Positions 17,132 to 19,331 of a stretch of 19,331 nt of DNA are shown here, in pieces. Below the pieces are notes generated by a model. That model was not told the origin of the DNA, searched no databases, and saw only the letters and a list, made by a program, of their open reading frames with translations. The DNA comes from Fibrobacterales bacterium (GTDB lineage Bacteria; Fibrobacterota; Fibrobacteria; Fibrobacterales; JAOPTW01). A program made the position numbers and the translations under genes. The stretch spans positions 1 through 19,331 of the forward strand of contig JAOPTW010000104.1 in assembly GCA_051532035.1 (NCBI GenBank), in the 5' to 3' direction. Each line of letters begins with the position of its first letter. The first letter of the stretch is position 1.

Positions 17132-19186
17132 ATGTCTCGTAATACTCTAAGCATAATCATTCTATGTATTATACCGTTTCAATTAATGGCTATTGAATTT
17201 ACTGCTCAAAAAATCAATTTTGACACCCAATATGATTACCGTGAAATTAAAGACTATAGCCTTATGGATTTTGATTTAGATGGCGATTATGATATCATTG
17301 ATGTAAATATTCAACAAGTTATAGATACTGCGAAAAATGAAACATTTCATAATTTTATATGGAACGAATCAATCGATTCTATCTCGTACACTAAACGATC
17401 CATACCAATACATGGCATGACTAAAGATATAAATTACAGCATTGGAGCATGGGATGACTCATTTTATAAAAATAGCTCTTTAGTTGATTTTGATAACGAT
17501 GGAGATTTAGATCTTATACTCAATCATACAAAAGAGATGCATTCCGCTCTCTGGTTAAGGAATGAAAATTACAAACACTTTACATTAGATTCACTCAACA
17601 TATTTCCTGACACTAGATACCGTACTACACTCATTCCTTGTGATCTTAATGGCGACGGACAGTATGATTTCATAAAACCTGGAATTAAAATAAATATATT
17701 TCTCTCTTCTGATTCTGGGATCTATACGAAATTATGGCAGAATGACACCAATTTACTTCTTTCTACCATAACAGATTTTGATAACGATAGTGATTTTGAC
17801 TTAATAATCAATGGATATACATCAGGCGCTGGAAATTATGGTACTAATAAAATTTGGCTATTAGAAAACAATGGCTCCGGTACATTTACCGATAGTACTA
17901 CTATTGTCAAAAGTTTTTCCCGAGTTTCATTTATTGAGCTTTCTAATATAGATGGCTTTGATGGCAATGATTTGTTATATGAATCAGGATCTACATCGAA
18001 TGGCTCTTCATACTTATACCTTATCGATAAAGACTCTACTTTAATTTTAGGCCGTCTAACATCCACTATTGTGCATTACACCGGTCATACTGTAGGTTAC
18101 ATGCAAAGTAAAGATTTTATGTCACAGGTAGCCTATTATACCATGAGCGCAGGAATATATCAATTCGAAAGTACAGATTTGAGTACCGACATTTCTAACA
18201 GTATTTACAAAAATTTTGCATACATAGATGGTGATGGGAGAGGTCTGAATATGAAAACACCTAACTATAGAATCTTGTTTATCTTCGATATCGACAGAGA
18301 TGGTGACCTAGACATTCTAACCGAATTTGAATCCAAAGAATTAGTTATATTCAGAAACCCACTCTTTCAATTAGGGCCATCTGTTCTTAGATTAAAGCCT
18401 TCAATCAATGGACTCAGCGTAGTAGCAGGAGACACTCTATCTATCACATGGGAAAGTACTCCCAATATTGAATCAATAAATCTATCCTACTATACTGAAA
18501 ATAGGACCACCACTTCAATCGTTAAAAACCTAACTAATCAAAATACATACGACTGGATTGTCCCTCAAGAAACTGCAGACTCAGTTTTTATAATACTATC
18601 AGGGCAAAGCGATAAACAACTTGTTGATAAAAATAGTGAGCAAATTAAAATCATTGAGCACAGCCTTTCTTCTAGTTCAACCATTTCATCGAGCAGTGAT
18701 CTCCAAACATCTAGTAGTATCGAAGTTATAACTACTGAAGAAAACTCAAGCTCTCAATTAGCAGTTTCTTCGAACATGCTCAACAATCTATCATCTAGTT
18801 CTATCACTATTGATACAATAAATAGTGATAATACAATCCCCGTCGTTATAAGTTATAGTAGTTCTAGTTATATGAGCAGTCCGGACCAATTACAACCTCT
18901 GTCTAGTATCACGCCTTTTACAGACGATTATATATTAAAGATTTCATCATCAGCCTATGTTTCTAATTTCAAATCTACGTTACCTAATTATATACACCAT
19001 GATTACATTATCCACATCACTTCCGAAACCCGACCAGAAACATTGATTCCTAAAAACTCAGTTAGTTATCATATCATTAGCATCCATGGGGCAGTGCTAA
19101 GTCGCGGACAAATAAATGACAACTCTGAGTTTCACATTCCGGATTTATCTAATGGGATATATATCCTTAGGTTTTCTAATAAATAA
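17132..19186 (+). CDS. Secreted FG-GAP/VCBS-repeat protein with Ig-like domain, Ser-rich linker and T9SS-like C-terminal domain
   Basis: Signal peptide. Repeats DFDLDGDYD, DFDNDGDLD, DLNGDGQYD, DFDNDSDFD, DIDRDGDLD. GDTLSITW...YDWIVP module. Poly-Ser linker. Ends IISIHGAVL...LSNGIYILRF. Confidence 0.85.
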   Translation: MSRNTLSIIILCIIPFQLMAIEFTAQKINFDTQYDYREIKDYSLMDFDLDGDYDIIDVNIQQVIDTAKNETFHNFIWNESIDSISYTKRSIPIHGMTKDINYSIGAWDDSFYKNSSLVDFDNDGDLDLILNHTKEMHSALWLRNENYKHFTLDSLNIFPDTRYRTTLIPCDLNGDGQYDFIKPGIKINIFLSSDSGIYTKLWQNDTNLLLSTITDFDNDSDFDLIINGYTSGAGNYGTNKIWLLENNGSGTFTDSTTIVKSFSRVSFIELSNIDGFDGNDLLYESGSTSNGSSYLYLIDKDSTLILGRLTSTIVHYTGHTVGYMQSKDFMSQVAYYTMSAGIYQFESTDLSTDISNSIYKNFAYIDGDGRGLNMKTPNYRILFIFDIDRDGDLDILTEFESKELVIFRNPLFQLGPSVLRLKPSINGLSVVAGDTLSITWESTPNIESINLSYYTENRTTTSIVKNLTNQNTYDWIVPQETADSVFIILSGQSDKQLVDKNSEQIKIIEHSLSSSSTISSSSDLQTSSSIEVITTEENSSSQLAVSSNMLNNLSSSSITIDTINSDNTIPVVISYSSSSYMSSPDQLQPLSSITPFTDDYILKISSSAYVSNFKSTLPNYIHHDYIIHITSETRPETLIPKNSVSYHIISIHGAVLSRGQINDNSEFHIPDLSNGIYILRFSNK

Positions 19187-19331
19187 TTTTTATTTATTTT
19201 ACTCTATCACTATCATATTGAATTTTTGAACACTTAAAAGCAGGCACGATGAAAGTACTAATATTATTTTTCGCTCTACTTATTTCCAACTGTAGCACCA
19301 CTATACGCAGGTAACCGTCCGGTCAAGCACA

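Noticed and set aside
8333..18066. Remaining short track ORFs (8333, 10383, 11440, 12339, 14249, 14633, 15849, 15865, 17836)
   Set aside because: They overlap well-supported genes or the structured leader and show no recognisable motifs.

Overview
AT-rich bacterial window, probably from a Fibrobacterota-like organism (inferred from a Fibrobacter succinogenes major paralogous (FISUMP) domain lipoprotein and T9SS-like C-terminal tails). The flanks encode large secreted proteins. On the left is a >1030-aa S8 subtilase with Ig-like and FG-GAP repeats that runs off the edge and is missing from the ORF track. On the right are two divergent beta-propeller-type proteins. Between them is a minus-strand accessory tract (about 3.5-13.8 kb) built from two modules, each headed by a decayed remnant of a type I restriction subunit gene (hsdR). 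Module 2 is hsdR' - ORF6N/PLD-like gene - exosortase K - MSEP-CTERM protein - collagen/FISUMP lipoprotein. Module 1 is hsdR' - orphan palindrome - 5'-truncated rhuM - metallophosphoesterase. Four signals stand out: (i) perfect in-frame palindromes inside the ORF6N and RhuM genes, plus a free-standing sister of the ORF6N palindrome with symmetric arm changes; (ii) two hsdR remnants that differ almost only at synonymous sites and were eroded by microhomology deletions; (iii) a 17-bp perfect inverted repeat that appears to have overwritten hsdR coding sequence; (iv) a 25-bp motif shared upstream of two unrelated secreted-protein genes. Family assignments come from motif recognition, not database searches.
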